DNA of 64,000 bases from positions 13,268,001 to 13,332,000 of the forward strand of contig JBHGNT010000014.1 in NCBI GenBank assembly GCA_043228905.1, given 5' to 3'. Under the pieces are notes generated by a model. The model was given only the letters and a program-made list of their open reading frames with translations, was not told where the DNA came from and made no database searches. This document shows, piece by piece, positions 63,466-64,000 of this stretch (the stretch's first letter is position 1; each line of letters opens with the position of its first letter). The translations under genes and the position numbers were made by a program. Origin of the DNA: Azolla caroliniana (lineage: Eukaryota; Plantae; Polypodiophyta).

Positions 63466-64000
63466 TGTTACCAACCGGCAAAGGAGTCCAGAGTGGGAAA
63501 CGGAGAGCTAATTAAGTAGTAGGAATGTGGTTGTAATTAAGCTATGAGTGTGGACGGACGAACTGGAAACGGTATGCCGTTCCGGATCCGGACTGATCCC
63601 GAACAGGTGCGGATGGCACCGTTTTGTAATACAGACCGGAAACCTATTTAAAGGCCCGGATACAATGTAATAGTTAGCGGTTAATTAATGAAAGCTTAAG
63701 CGTTGTTATATCTCTGTGTTAATTGCCGTTCTGTCTTAATTGTTATATCTTACGCATGTTATGAAGATGATCCTAATAAGTAACTTAACTAAGTCGGATT
63801 AAGCGTTGAAGTCTAATCCGGTTGCCGTAACACCCTTTGGTGAAGTGTCTCCCGTAGACACCTTGTGTTAGGCCATTGTCCGGCCGGAAGAGTAACACAG
63901 TTTTTGGCGACCACGATTCTTGTTTTTGCAGCGAACGATGGCACGGATGGATGTCTAGATCAACGCACGACCTGGTTACAGATCAAACTCGACGTCTTGC
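63466..64000 (+). mobile_element. LTR element E: 5' LTR and PBS, running off the window
   Basis: TGTTAC...GTAACA at 63466-63897 (perfect 6-bp inverted ends), TATTTAAA, and TGGCGACCAC (tRNA-Arg-like PBS) at 63905. Confidence 0.8.

Overview
Eukaryotic, intron-containing land-plant genomic DNA. A non-seed plant such as a moss is inferred from the TE complement, but this is not proven. Three host genes lie on the minus strand: an intronless Cys/His 'HGGG-R/K-R-C' repeat (WRKY19-type zinc finger) protein at about 8.4-10.7 kb, a complete 16-exon Xaa-Pro dipeptidase (prolidase) at 22.2-34.4 kb, and a 4-exon xyloglucan endotransglucosylase/hydrolase (XTH) at 38.7-42.0 kb. The rest is transposon-rich. 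It holds decayed L1 and RTE-X/CR1-like LINE fragments, a hAT-type MITE family with 8-bp TSDs, hAT transposase remnants, copia fragments, solo LTRs and a chromodomain gypsy remnant. From 44.9 kb to the end there is a stack of five GC-rich LTR retrotransposons (A-E). The most notable part is a near-intact, tRNA-Trp-primed, non-chromovirus Ty3/gypsy element (D, 54460-61764). It has protease in the gag frame and a candidate slippery-site/pseudoknot -1 frameshift into pol. It sits inside a relative (C) that shares its PBS, LTR ends and Gag N-terminus but carries a long repeat-containing tail instead of pol. All coordinates were read by eye and no database searches were run.
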